From positions 1 through 44,507 of IMG/VR virus record IMGVR_UViG_3300033407_000036: a stretch of DNA of 44,507 nt. One strand, given 5' to 3'. Position 1 is the first letter of the stretch, and the number at the start of each line of letters is the position of its first letter. Below the pieces are notes generated by a model, which worked only from the letters and a program-made list of their open reading frames with translations, was not told the DNA's origin and ran no database searches. Positions 16,404 through 24,850 of this stretch are shown here, piece by piece. The stretch is from a virus. Its lineage: Duplodnaviria > Caudoviricetes. The position numbers were made by a program, and so were the translations under genes.

Positions 16404-16747
16404 CCCGCAAGCGCCTCTCCACCCGCGACCGCGCCAAGCTGCTCGCCGCTGCGGAGGGCAAGTGCCACCTGTGCGGCATGAAGATCGAGGGCGGACAGGC
16501 TTGGGAGGTCAGCCACCCGATACCGCTGGCAGCCGGTGGCGATGACGAGCCGTCCAACCGCGCTCCCGCTCACAAGAAATGCCACGCGCGACAGACGGCA
16601 GAAATAGACGCCCCGCTCATCGCGAAGACGCGCCGGCAGCAGCAGAAGCACAACGGCTCATTCAGGAGCACGCGCCCGATGCCGGGAAGCAGGAGGTCAG
16701 CATGGAAGCAGAAGCTATCAGGCCAGTGGGAACGGAGAGCGAAATGA
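16400..16747 (+). CDS. HNH endonuclease-like protein
   Basis: CHLCG...WEVSHPIPLAAGGDD...NRAPAHKKCH. Confidence 0.85.
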   Translation: MTRKRLSTRDRAKLLAAAEGKCHLCGMKIEGGQAWEVSHPIPLAAGGDDEPSNRAPAHKKCHARQTAEIDAPLIAKTRRQQQKHNGSFRSTRPMPGSRRSAWKQKLSGQWERRAK

Positions 16748-17076
16748 CCGACGCCCAGGACCTGAATGAACTGAGGCTTCATTACGCGAAGTGGGCGGCC
16801 AGCGGCCGTCAACGCGGGTACTACACGCTCTCCGGCAAAGCGGTGGACGCGCTCCCCTACCTCCTCTCCATCGCCGACCGGGTGCAGGATCTGGAAGCCT
16901 CCCTCCGCGCCATCAGAGAGCCGACGCCGGAGATGGTGGAGGCTATGGTGTCTGACACGCCCAGCAACATATCCAAGGCCCTGATGCGTGGAACCATGAA
17001 GGCAGCGTTCATTAGGGCCATAGACGCCGCCCGCGCCCTATCCGCCACCGAAGGCAAGGAGTCCTCCAATGTCTGA
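16744..17076 (+). CDS. Hypothetical protein
   Basis: REPTPEMVEAM motif common in phage proteins. Confidence 0.7.
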   Translation: MTDAQDLNELRLHYAKWAASGRQRGYYTLSGKAVDALPYLLSIADRVQDLEASLRAIREPTPEMVEAMVSDTPSNISKALMRGTMKAAFIRAIDAARALSATEGKESSNV

Positions 17077-17656
17077 CTCTGACCGGGGCGGGGAGATCGC
17101 ACGGGAAACCAACGATCCCGATTGGAACAACCTTGAAGTCCTGATCGGCGGTCTCCGCGGCTGGGCTGGCGTGTCATCCGTCGCCGGCCTGCACGACATG
17201 CTCGCTGCCGCTGCCAGACAGATCGAAGCCCTCTTCCCACCAGCCCCCACCGACTGGCGCGACGAGGCGTTCCGGGCAGGCGCCGAGGCGGCTGCTAGGG
17301 TTGCCGACGCCTCCCGAGCGTCCGCAGACGCTATCTACGAACGCCTCAAAGATAGCGCGGATGCAGAGCAACTAGATCGCATCGCCGCTCGCAGCAGGGC
17401 GGCGACTGACATAGCAACGCAGATCCGCTCCCTGCCAACTCCGCCCTCGGTCTCTCCGTGGCGCGACATGAAGACGTCGCCGAGGGATGGGACGGCCGTG
17501 GCGCTCTGGGATGAGCGTGGATGGCCGGCGGCAGGACAGTGGTTCATGTACCCAGGGGCCACTGAACCATCGTGGCGGTCACATGACGGCGACCTGATTA
17601 TTCCTCGTTGTTGGATGCCCCTCCCGGTTCCACCACCGCCAGCGGGGGAGGGTTAG
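17069..17656 (+). CDS. Hypothetical protein with a C-terminal DUF551-like domain
   Basis: WRDMKTSPRDGT...CWMPLPVPP. Confidence 0.7.
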   Translation: MSDSDRGGEIARETNDPDWNNLEVLIGGLRGWAGVSSVAGLHDMLAAAARQIEALFPPAPTDWRDEAFRAGAEAAARVADASRASADAIYERLKDSADAEQLDRIAARSRAATDIATQIRSLPTPPSVSPWRDMKTSPRDGTAVALWDERGWPAAGQWFMYPGATEPSWRSHDGDLIIPRCWMPLPVPPPPAGEG

Positions 17657-17659
17657 GGG

Positions 17660-17929
17660 ATGAGTGTTTGCGGCTACTGCCTGGTCTATCGCTCGTATGA
17701 ATGGGGCGGCGAGTGCTTCGGCTGGGACCAGGCCGCCGGGTGCCTTCGCATTCCCGGCTACAGCGCCAACCACCCTGAATACAAGAAGGCAAAAGCAGAG
17801 TACGCCCGCAACCGGCTGCCGGCCAAGCGCAAAGAACTGGCGCGACTGACAGAACAGCACAACTACGAACGGCAGCGGGTAGAGCGGGAGATCGCCGACC
17901 TCGAAAAAGAGGCGACGGTACAGCCATGA
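17660..17929 (+). CDS. Hypothetical protein
   Basis: RBS; Cys-containing N-terminus and coiled-coil C-terminus. Confidence 0.65.
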   Translation: MSVCGYCLVYRSYEWGGECFGWDQAAGCLRIPGYSANHPEYKKAKAEYARNRLPAKRKELARLTEQHNYERQRVEREIADLEKEATVQP

Positions 17930-18026
17930 CCCCCGGCAGACGCATCCTTCGCTCTCTGCTCTTGGGCTTCCTCCGCCTTTGGCCTTCATGGAGGGCTTGG
18001 GAGCGGGAAGAGAAGAGGCAGGGAAG

Positions 18027-18209
18027 GTGAGCAGGCGTCCTGCCGCTGTCACTCAGGCCGAAGTCGAGCGCCTGTTGAAGGCTGCCAAGGCGGCGGGACT
18101 GACCGTGCACCGCATTGTAGCGAACCGGGACAGCGTGTCCATCGTCACCGCGCCGGAACTGGCCGCCGATCCCGAGCCAGTGGACGACGAAGAGGTCGTG
18201 GTGTTCTGA
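18027..18209 (+). CDS. Putative excisionase / recombination directionality factor
   Basis: SRRPAAVTQAEVERLLKAAKAAG; its TGA overlaps the integrase ATG. Confidence 0.6.
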   Translation: MSRRPAAVTQAEVERLLKAAKAAGLTVHRIVANRDSVSIVTAPELAADPEPVDDEEVVVF

Positions 18210-19312
18210 TGCTCGACATGCCCCGACCTCGCCCCCCGCATCTTCGCCACGAAGAAACCCGCCACGGGAACCTCGTCTGGTACGTCAGGAAGGGCGACGG
18301 CCCCCGGACGCGCCTCCGGGCCGACTACGGCTCCGACGCCTTCTGGGAGGAATACAGGGCCGCGCTGGCGGGCACGCCGTCAAAGCCGAAGGGCGACGGG
18401 GCGGGGACGTTCGCGTGGGCTCTGGCGCGCTACCGCGCCTCCCATGCCTGGCTGATCCTGAAACCCGCGACCAAGCGCCAGCGGGAGAACATCTTCCGCG
18501 CCATCCTGCCGACCATCGGCCCGCTGCCCCTGTCGAAGCTCAACACCCGGTCAGTCCGGCAGGCCCGCGACTGCCGGCAGGAGACGCCGCACTCGGCCAA
18601 CAATCTCGTCAAGGCCCTCCGTGGCTTCTTCCGCTGGGCAGTGAAGGCTGAACTCGTCAAGGCCGATCCGATGGGCGGCGTCGAGCTTCTGGCTGGGGCG
18701 AACGATGCCCACGGCTTCCATTCATGGTCCGAAGACGAGCTGGACCGCTACGAGGCTTTCTGGCCGCTGGGGACGCGCGAACGGCTTGCCTATGACCTCA
18801 CGCTCTACACCGGTCTTCGCCGGGGCGATGCGGTGAGGCTCGGCCGCCAGCACCTCCGGGACGGGGCCTTCACCATCCGGACGGAGAAAACAGGCGAGGA
18901 AGTCTACCCGCCACTCCTGCCGCCGCTGGCAGCATCGATCGCCGCCGCGAAGACCGGCGACCTGACCTATCTCGTCACCGAGCGGGGCAGGCCGTTCGTC
19001 AAAGAAGGGTTCGGCAACTGGTTCCGGGAGGCGTGCACCGCCGCGGGCTGTCCCGGTTCTCTGCATGGGCTACGGAAGTCCGGCGCCCGGCGCGCTGCGG
19101 AGAACGGCGCGAGCGACCGGCAACTGATGGCGATGTTTGGTTGGAAGACGCCGAAAATGGCTTCCGTCTACACCAAGGCGGCGGACAGAAAGCGGATGGC
19201 GCGGGAGGGCGGGCAACTGCTCATGAAGGGCCAGACTGAGAACGAAAGCCGCCGCACCCTATCGGCAGGTGCGGCGGGCGTCTCAGAAATGACAAACAAA
19301 TCAGACAGTTAG
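18209..19312 (+). CDS. int: Tyrosine integrase
   Basis: YTGLRRGD (R), K, HGLRK (HxxR), FGW and catalytic Y (SVYTK). Confidence 0.95.
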   Translation: MLDMPRPRPPHLRHEETRHGNLVWYVRKGDGPRTRLRADYGSDAFWEEYRAALAGTPSKPKGDGAGTFAWALARYRASHAWLILKPATKRQRENIFRAILPTIGPLPLSKLNTRSVRQARDCRQETPHSANNLVKALRGFFRWAVKAELVKADPMGGVELLAGANDAHGFHSWSEDELDRYEAFWPLGTRERLAYDLTLYTGLRRGDAVRLGRQHLRDGAFTIRTEKTGEEVYPPLLPPLAASIAAAKTGDLTYLVTERGRPFVKEGFGNWFREACTAAGCPGSLHGLRKSGARRAAENGASDRQLMAMFGWKTPKMASVYTKAADRKRMAREGGQLLMKGQTENESRRTLSAGAAGVSEMTNKSDS

Positions 19313-19435
19313 TTTGTGGGTGGTGCCCAGGAAAGGACGTGCACCAATGATACCGAACAATGACTTAGCGACAGGTGCGGCGGAATACGGGGCCGTTGAT
19401 GCGGTTGAGGAATCTTCGGAGCGCCGCCGCACCCT
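19248..19435. other. attP: core 19321-19338 resembling a tRNA-Leu 3' end, with arm-type and IHF-like sites
   Basis: Core reverse complement is GTCCTTTCCTGGGCACCA. CAGGTGCGGCGG at 19266 and 19372, GCCGCCGCACCCT at 19248 and 19423. AAATCAgacagTTA at 19298-311. Confidence 0.8.
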
Positions 19436-19844
19436 CCGTTCACTGCTGGAGCGGGTGAAGGGGCTCTCCGGGCCGGATCGTGATGTGGACCGCGCCGTTC
19501 TGGATGCCCTAGAAACACCCAACCTCGGCTGGGGCTCTATCTGGCCGGCGAGCGTGACATGGGACAGCACCGATGAAGGCAAGTGGGCAGCTCCGCTCTC
19601 CGCCTCCCTAGACGCCGTCGTGGCGCTCTGCGAGCGTTTAGTGCCGGACTACCGATGGCACCTTGCGAACCGGGACTACGTCGATGGCGTCTACCAAGGC
19701 GATGGCTTCGGGGCTTGGCTGGAGCACCCCGTCTCATCAGGCGGCGGCCCGGACTGGCACGCGCACGGTGCCACCCCCGCCCTGGCTCTCCTCGCAGCCC
19801 TTCTCTCGGCGCTGGTCGAGTCTCATTCGGAGGTGGCGCTATGA
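19347..19844 (+). CDS. Hypothetical protein downstream of attP
   Basis: GPDRDVDRAV...SASLDAVVALCERLVP...ATPALALLAALLSA pattern seen in alphaproteobacterial phages; start uncertain. Confidence 0.7.
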   Translation: MIPNNDLATGAAEYGAVDAVEESSERRRTLRSLLERVKGLSGPDRDVDRAVLDALETPNLGWGSIWPASVTWDSTDEGKWAAPLSASLDAVVALCERLVPDYRWHLANRDYVDGVYQGDGFGAWLEHPVSSGGGPDWHAHGATPALALLAALLSALVESHSEVAL

Positions 19845-20038
19845 GCGAATGGCAGCCTATCGAAACGGCTCCGAAGGACGGAGAGATTCTGTTGTCCGGT
19901 CAGTGGCTCTCTGGCACGTGGGAAGTGCGCATAGGCCGGTGGCTTGTTCACCGCTGGCCCTTCGTGGGTGAGGGGCAACCGACCTACTGGATGCCGCTTC
20001 CCGATCCTCCCCGCTCTCCCTCTCTGGCGGGAGGGTGA
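19841..20038 (+). CDS. DUF551-like protein
   Basis: MSEWQPIETAPKDG...PTYWMPLPDPP. Confidence 0.8.
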   Translation: MSEWQPIETAPKDGEILLSGQWLSGTWEVRIGRWLVHRWPFVGEGQPTYWMPLPDPPRSPSLAGG

Positions 20039-20039
20039 G

Positions 20040-20327
20040 ATGAGACAGCGCGAAGCGTTCGAGTTCTCGCTGTCTGTCGCGAGGACCCGCGGGTGGGGGC
20101 CGAACCGGGAAGACCCGCTGCTTGGCTCAGAGCACGCCGAGGACATGCTGCGGCGCTGGGACGACTCCTTCTCCGAAGCCAAGGCCGGGCGGTGGCTCGG
20201 GTGGCTTCAAGGCGTCCTGTGCGCTCAATACTGGTTGACGCTCGACGAGTGCAAAGAGATCAACCACAACCACTCAGACGACCCCGACCCCCTCTCCCAT
20301 GATCTGGGAAGTGCTCCGGGAGGATAG
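20040..20327 (+). CDS. Hypothetical protein
   Basis: SEAKAGRWLGWLQG motif; RBS. Confidence 0.75.
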   Translation: MRQREAFEFSLSVARTRGWGPNREDPLLGSEHAEDMLRRWDDSFSEAKAGRWLGWLQGVLCAQYWLTLDECKEINHNHSDDPDPLSHDLGSAPGG

Positions 20328-20330
20328 AAA

Positions 20331-20546
20331 ATGAAACTGTATATCTGGGACGACCCCTACGACGTGAAGTGGGGCTCTAGCCTGCTGGTCGCCGTCGCCG
20401 AGACCGTCGATGAAGCAAAGGCGATTGCTGCGCGCTCCGCAGGTGGCCGCTGGACGCACATGAAGGGGCCGTGGCCTGACCCCGGCGAACCGACGAGGGT
20501 CATCGAAGACTTCCCGTATGCTGAATGGCATGAGTGGTCCGAATGA
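20331..20546 (+). CDS. Hypothetical protein
   Basis: GGAGG RBS. Confidence 0.7.
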   Translation: MKLYIWDDPYDVKWGSSLLVAVAETVDEAKAIAARSAGGRWTHMKGPWPDPGEPTRVIEDFPYAEWHEWSE

Positions 20547-20640
20547 TACCTCGTCCGTTCGGCCGCTGGGGCGGTTATCTGATGATGGTGGCTGTGGCTG
20601 CTGCTGTCGGGGGAGTGCTCTGGATGATGGGAGTGATAGA

Positions 20641-20853
20641 ATGATGTTACTAGGCGCGGTTGAACTTGAAGCCATCCTCCGGGCGGAGGTTCAGGCGGCA
20701 GGGGGCGCGAAAAAATGGCTTAGGAAGAAGAAGGTCAAAGGGTTCGAGCACATCTTGCATATGGTCGCTGACGGCCGCGCTGCAACTTTGGACGACATGC
20801 TCACCGTCCTCGGCTATGAGCGCATCGTTGTCTACAAACCGCTCCGCTCCTAA
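20641..20853 (+). CDS. Hypothetical, possibly DNA-binding protein
   Basis: Basic HTH-like segment; last gene of the plus-strand arm. Confidence 0.6.
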   Translation: MMLLGAVELEAILRAEVQAAGGAKKWLRKKKVKGFEHILHMVADGRAATLDDMLTVLGYERIVVYKPLRS

Positions 20854-21221
20854 GCCCCCCGCCCCCATAGCCGCGCCACCACCAGACTCCATTCAGAAGC
20901 CGGGAACTTGAGCGGAGCACAGGCCATAACCCCGATCTTCAACGCCACGATCACTGAGCGATCGTCCTTGAGGATCAGGTACACAGTCCGCACCGGGCGG
21001 GACAGTTCGTATCGGACGGGGGCGTTGCGGCGGTGCTCGACGGCCAGGAGCCCCGCCAGCCCGCCAGTGACCGTTAGCGCCGGCTCGTGTTTCTGTTCGG
21101 CGGAGGCGAGGAATTCGACCGCAAGATGGCAGGGGAAGCGGTTGTCCTGAGCGAGTACGAAACTGGATAGAAACACTAACACACAGAGCGCAACGCCGCC
21201 ATAGATTATGAGACGAGACAC
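20850..21221 (-). CDS. Putative exported protein
   Basis: N-terminal signal peptide (…VLA-QD). Confidence 0.6.
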   Translation of the reverse strand: MSRLIIYGGVALCVLVFLSSFVLAQDNRFPCHLAVEFLASAEQKHEPALTVTGGLAGLLAVEHRRNAPVRYELSRPVRTVYLILKDDRSVIVALKIGVMACAPLKFPASEWSLVVARLWGRGA

Positions 21222-21256
21222 ATTGTTTTCTCCGGGCCATGGAGGTAGAAGAGGGA

Positions 21257-21460
21257 ATGAGCGGAAAGAAGATTCTTCGGGCGCTAGACGAGCTTGTGGC
21301 GTTCACGCGCGCGGGCTACGCGGGGCCGCCACTGGCAGTCTCCCTGCCACAGCCTGACGGCACCATGAAGCGCGCGATGGTGCGGACCATGGACGAACTG
21401 GCGGAACTTCACCGCGAGGCGATGCAACATAATCAGTTGCCAACTGACCCGGCCACCTAG
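21257..21460 (+). CDS. Hypothetical protein (antisense moron)
   Basis: GAGGG RBS; MSGKKILRALDELVAF. Confidence 0.6.
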   Translation: MSGKKILRALDELVAFTRAGYAGPPLAVSLPQPDGTMKRAMVRTMDELAELHREAMQHNQLPTDPAT

Positions 21461-21503
21461 CGCCCCCCCTATCGACCCGTACCGAACCAGCGGGCGCCCC
21501 GGG

Positions 21504-21770
21504 TCACGGCCTGCGATCGTCCAGCGCCTGCTGCGTGGTAGCGACCGTCACCGCATCCTTCTGCAGCGAGTTCACCGCCACCTGCAGCGCGGCGTTTTCC
21601 GCCCTCGCTGCCGCCAGTTCGATCCGCACCGCCGTCAGCCCGGAATTGGCAGCTTCGTGCGTGGCCACCGCGACTTTCTTGATCTCGGCCAGCTTGCCAC
21701 TGTTGAGCCATGCCGAGACGATCACCGCCAACGCGCCGATGGCAGCAACGGCAATGACGGTCCAGTCCAT
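21504..21770 (-). CDS. Membrane protein with coiled coil (lysis region)
   Basis: N-terminal TM helix followed by a coiled coil. Confidence 0.7.
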   Translation of the reverse strand: MDWTVIAVAAIGALAVIVSAWLNSGKLAEIKKVAVATHEAANSGLTAVRIELAAARAENAALQVAVNSLQKDAVTVATTQQALDDRRP

Positions 21771-21780
21771 TGAGGCTACC

Positions 21781-22065
21781 TCACTGAACGACGCTGGCTG
21801 GGTCTGAGTCGAAGGCGCTGCTGCTCCGCAGCCTGCGTTCCGCATCGACCAGTGTTTCAATTACCGTCAGCCTGCGGTCCACGGCTGCGATAGCGCGCGT
21901 GACCGACTGCATCGAATTGAGCCTCCGGGACATGGCGTCGATGCGCTCTCCCGTAATGCCGGCCCAGTAGATCAGCGCGCCGAGGTTGGCGAGTAGGGTG
22001 AGAATGAGCGGCGCCGCTAGGACGACAACCCAAACAGGCGTCTTGACGGCGGGGGCAGACGCCAT
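21781..22065 (-). CDS. Membrane protein with coiled coil (lysis region)
   Basis: TM segment VWVVVLAAPLILTLLANLGALIYW, then a coiled coil. Confidence 0.65.
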   Translation of the reverse strand: MASAPAVKTPVWVVVLAAPLILTLLANLGALIYWAGITGERIDAMSRRLNSMQSVTRAIAAVDRRLTVIETLVDAERRLRSSSAFDSDPASVVQ

Positions 22066-22271
22066 CACGCAAGGACAGGCATTGACGCCGCCCCTATCCG
22101 GAACGACGTCCCCGAGTAGCCCGTCAGCCAGGCCAGCAGGACGATCAGGAACACCACCAGGACGATGGCGACGTTCTTGAAAGGCTGCGGGAGCGGCAGC
22201 AGGGTGATGATCCAGTAGATCAGCCCCGCGACGAGGACGAAGATGAGGAGGTAGATGAGCAGGTCGATCAT
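22065..22271 (-). CDS. Small two-TM membrane protein
   Basis: MIDLLIYLLIFVLVAGLIYWIITLLPLPQPFK pattern. Confidence 0.75.
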   Translation of the reverse strand: MIDLLIYLLIFVLVAGLIYWIITLLPLPQPFKNVAIVLVVFLIVLLAWLTGYSGTSFRIGAASMPVLA

Positions 22272-22522
22272 GGCGTCGGTTCCTTGCAATAAGCGTCACG
22301 GGCGGCATTGTTGGCCCGCGCTTCAAGCCGGGTTTCGGGTGTGTCCCGGCTGCTATAGGTGACCGCCCCCCAGATCGAGCAAACCTGAATGGCAGTTGTC
22401 GTGTCCGCCCTAGTCGCGCCGGTACGGGTCGTCAGGAGATTCTGGCACCCGGCCACTGAGAACATCGTCACGAGCAGCAGCGGCCCGGTCCACACGAAGC
22501 CCCGTCGCAATTTGAAGCTCAT
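22268..22522 (-). CDS. Putative o-spanin lipoprotein
   Basis: Lipobox VAGC; overlaps the i-spanin-like ORF in another frame; start uncertain. Confidence 0.65.
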   Translation of the reverse strand: MSFKLRRGFVWTGPLLLVTMFSVAGCQNLLTTRTGATRADTTTAIQVCSIWGAVTYSSRDTPETRLEARANNAARDAYCKEPTP

Positions 22523-22616
22523 CTTCCCATGCCTTCTTTGCTTGGCGTTCGTCGACCTTCTTCGTCACCCATGAGGCGAGCCTGAGCAGCAGCAGAAGGA
22601 CGCTGATCCAACTCAC
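22410..22616 (-). CDS. Putative i-spanin
   Basis: N-terminal TM, helical body and C-terminal DDPYRRD. Confidence 0.6.
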   Translation of the reverse strand: MSWISVLLLLLRLASWVTKKVDERQAKKAWEDELQIATGLRVDRAAAARDDVLSGRVPESPDDPYRRD

Positions 22617-22888
22617 TTCTCAGGCACCGACGCTGTCGTTACCGACTTGGTGAAGAAGGTCCGGAAGACCATCGTGACAAGCTGGGTGATCGTGCCGATG
22701 GCGAGGATGACTTCGGTCAGCACTGCCTCGGGGATGTTCAGGCCGAAGTAGGCGAGCAGGCCAGCGATGATGCCTGTGAAGTTTGTCCAGTTGATCTTGG
22801 ACAGGAACGAGGACTTGACCGGCACCGCGACCTCTGTCGCCTCACCGCTCACGTTGGTCTTGGTTACACGGGCAGTTACTACAGCCAT
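22613..22888 (-). CDS. Putative holin
   Basis: KSSFLSKINWTN plus two TM helices; downstream of the endolysin. Confidence 0.6.
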   Translation of the reverse strand: MAVVTARVTKTNVSGEATEVAVPVKSSFLSKINWTNFTGIIAGLLAYFGLNIPEAVLTEVILAIGTITQLVTMVFRTFFTKSVTTASVPEK

Positions 22889-22937
22889 TGGAGTTCTCCT
22901 AGGAAAGTTGCGCGCCATACCCCCGGCGCGCTGGGGT

Positions 22938-23018
22938 TCAGAACAGCCACGCGCCAATGGCGCCGATGAGAATGATGCAGCCCACAATGATGGCGAGGGC
23001 TTTCCAGTCGACCATCAT
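22938..23018 (-). CDS. 26-aa membrane peptide
   Basis: MMVDWKALAIIVGCIILIGAIGAWLF; ATGA overlap with the endolysin stop. Confidence 0.45.
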   Translation of the reverse strand: MMVDWKALAIIVGCIILIGAIGAWLF

Positions 23019-23761
23019 GGCTGGAACCAGTTGATCGAGGGGATCAGGTCGAAGTAGACGGCAGCGCCGATAAGGGCGGCTGCAACGAGAAAGCCCCCCA
23101 CGAGCCACCAGACGCCCCGCCACGGCCTCGAAGGCGGTCCCGCTGTCTCAGACTCGGGCCACTGCTCGACCGGCTCACGGGGCACTCTGGGCAGTGCAAT
23201 GGGCTCCGGCGTCGGAGCAACCGGGCGCTTCCCTTCCATGAAGGCCTGGACGACGGAGCGGGTGTAGTCCCCGACTGCCTTCGCGCCCTTCTTCGAGCTA
23301 TCGAAGGCAAGCACCGTGGCGTCCCACTTTCCGGCCTGCGCGATGCCGAGCGTCCCCTGGACTTCCGCGTGCCAGAGCACCGTCTTCGGAGCGACCGGGA
23401 TGCCGTACCGCTTGCATATCTGCGCAGCGTCCCGGCACATCTCCTCGAACTGCGTCCGGGTCATCGGCCACTTGCCGGCGACGAAAGGCTTCTCACGGAC
23501 GTCCGGGCCGCCCATGCAGGCGACGGACAGGCCGATGGCATAGGAGTTGGCGCCCCGGGTATGAGCGGCGTAGGCTTTGAGCGGCGGCACGTTGTCGGCG
23601 ATGGAGCGGTTGCCGCGGACGCGCTTGCCATCGCCGGCGTAGATGAAATGATAGTGCTTCTTGTCAACGGCGTTCGGGGTGTGGGTGCCGGCTGTCCAGT
23701 GGAGGTGCACCCGGTCCATGCGGACGTCCGGAAGCCATGCAAGCGGGATTGGATCAGCCAT
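23015..23761 (-). CDS. Endolysin, N-acetylmuramoyl-L-alanine amidase (Amidase_2-like), with a C-terminal TM anchor
   Basis: VHLHWTAG, HYHF, AHTRGANSYAIG, WHAEV and KWD; Pro-rich linker; hydrophobic C-terminus. Confidence 0.85.
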   Translation of the reverse strand: MADPIPLAWLPDVRMDRVHLHWTAGTHTPNAVDKKHYHFIYAGDGKRVRGNRSIADNVPPLKAYAAHTRGANSYAIGLSVACMGGPDVREKPFVAGKWPMTRTQFEEMCRDAAQICKRYGIPVAPKTVLWHAEVQGTLGIAQAGKWDATVLAFDSSKKGAKAVGDYTRSVVQAFMEGKRPVAPTPEPIALPRVPREPVEQWPESETAGPPSRPWRGVWWLVGGFLVAAALIGAAVYFDLIPSINWFQP

Positions 23762-23783
23762 AGGGGCTCCAGAGAAAGGGGTG

Positions 23784-24149
23784 ATGAAGATGGATAATTG
23801 GCAGCCGATAGAGACCGCCCCGAAGGACGGAACCCGGCTTCTCGTCTGGAATCGGGAGCACAACGAGGCGACTGTCGCCCGTTGGGGCCAGCCCGAACCG
23901 TTCGTCCTATGGGGGGATATGCACTGTTGGACTACTGACCAAGAGTACGACTATTCCAGTGTCGTTGAAGCAACCCACTGGATGCTCCTGCCGGGCTCCC
24001 CGGACAGCGATGCGGCGTGGACTTCGTGGGACAGGCCGGACCTGCCGCTGAAGATCACCGACTATGACGAGCGGACTAAGCCTGAGCAGCCAGCACCGAA
24101 GCCACTGCCGAGGCCGCACCCGGTCTTCGGGTTTGACGAATGGGGCTAG
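23784..24149 (+). CDS. DUF551-like protein, inverted insertion
   Basis: WQPIETAPKDGT...ATHWMLLP; antisense between the endolysin and SGNH genes. Confidence 0.75.
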   Translation: MKMDNWQPIETAPKDGTRLLVWNREHNEATVARWGQPEPFVLWGDMHCWTTDQEYDYSSVVEATHWMLLPGSPDSDAAWTSWDRPDLPLKITDYDERTKPEQPAPKPLPRPHPVFGFDEWG

Positions 24150-24847
24150 GCTGCCCTGATCTGCGACTTCATGATCATATCGAATTCGTGCCCGTGGCCG
24201 ACCGGCCCGAGGTGGTATTTGTCGAGATCCGAAGGAATGAACCAGTCGTCGAAGGTGCTACCGCCAAGGGACTGGTGGTAGGCCATCAGGGCAGTCAGAT
24301 CGAGGAAGGCGACTGAGCGTTCGATGCAAAGCGTCCGCAGCGCCTCGCCCATCGCCATCAGATAGACGTTGGTCTCCGGGACCTGGCTCAGGTTCGGGGA
24401 CAGGACCAGCAGTTTGATACCCGCGCCACGAACCTGCGTGATGAAGGACCGCATGTTGCTGATGTAGGTGGCAACGACCTCTGAGACCGAAGGCGTTCCC
24501 CCTGCTTCTACCGCTTTGGCGGCATCGTTGGTGCCGATCAGCACGCAGACGGCGGCCGGGTTGTGGGCAAAGACCTGGCTCTGAATGTTCTCCAGCATCT
24601 TGGTTGAGGACTGCCCCGAGACCGCGCTGTTCTGACAGGTCAGCCCGAGGGCGGCAGAAACCCTGTGGGCGTAATTGACTGCCTGTGAGACGTAGTCGGT
24701 GGTGGTGTTGCTGGCGCCGACAAACACGAACGGCTTGGATGCGGCCTTGGCGCCGCCCCAGTGGACATTCAGGGCATCGGCCTCCTGCGAAGTCGCGTCC
24801 CGTACTTCAACCGCCCCGGTAGCCGCATTGTGATGCGCGATCTTCAT
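24146..24847 (-). CDS. SGNH/GDSL hydrolase-fold protein next to the tail fibre
   Basis: VFVGASNT (block I), AVSGQSS (II), IGTND (III) and DKYHLG (V). Confidence 0.85.
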   Translation of the reverse strand: MKIAHHNAATGAVEVRDATSQEADALNVHWGGAKAASKPFVFVGASNTTTDYVSQAVNYAHRVSAALGLTCQNSAVSGQSSTKMLENIQSQVFAHNPAAVCVLIGTNDAAKAVEAGGTPSVSEVVATYISNMRSFITQVRGAGIKLLVLSPNLSQVPETNVYLMAMGEALRTLCIERSVAFLDLTALMAYHQSLGGSTFDDWFIPSDLDKYHLGPVGHGHEFDMIMKSQIRAA

Positions 24848-24850
24848 GGC

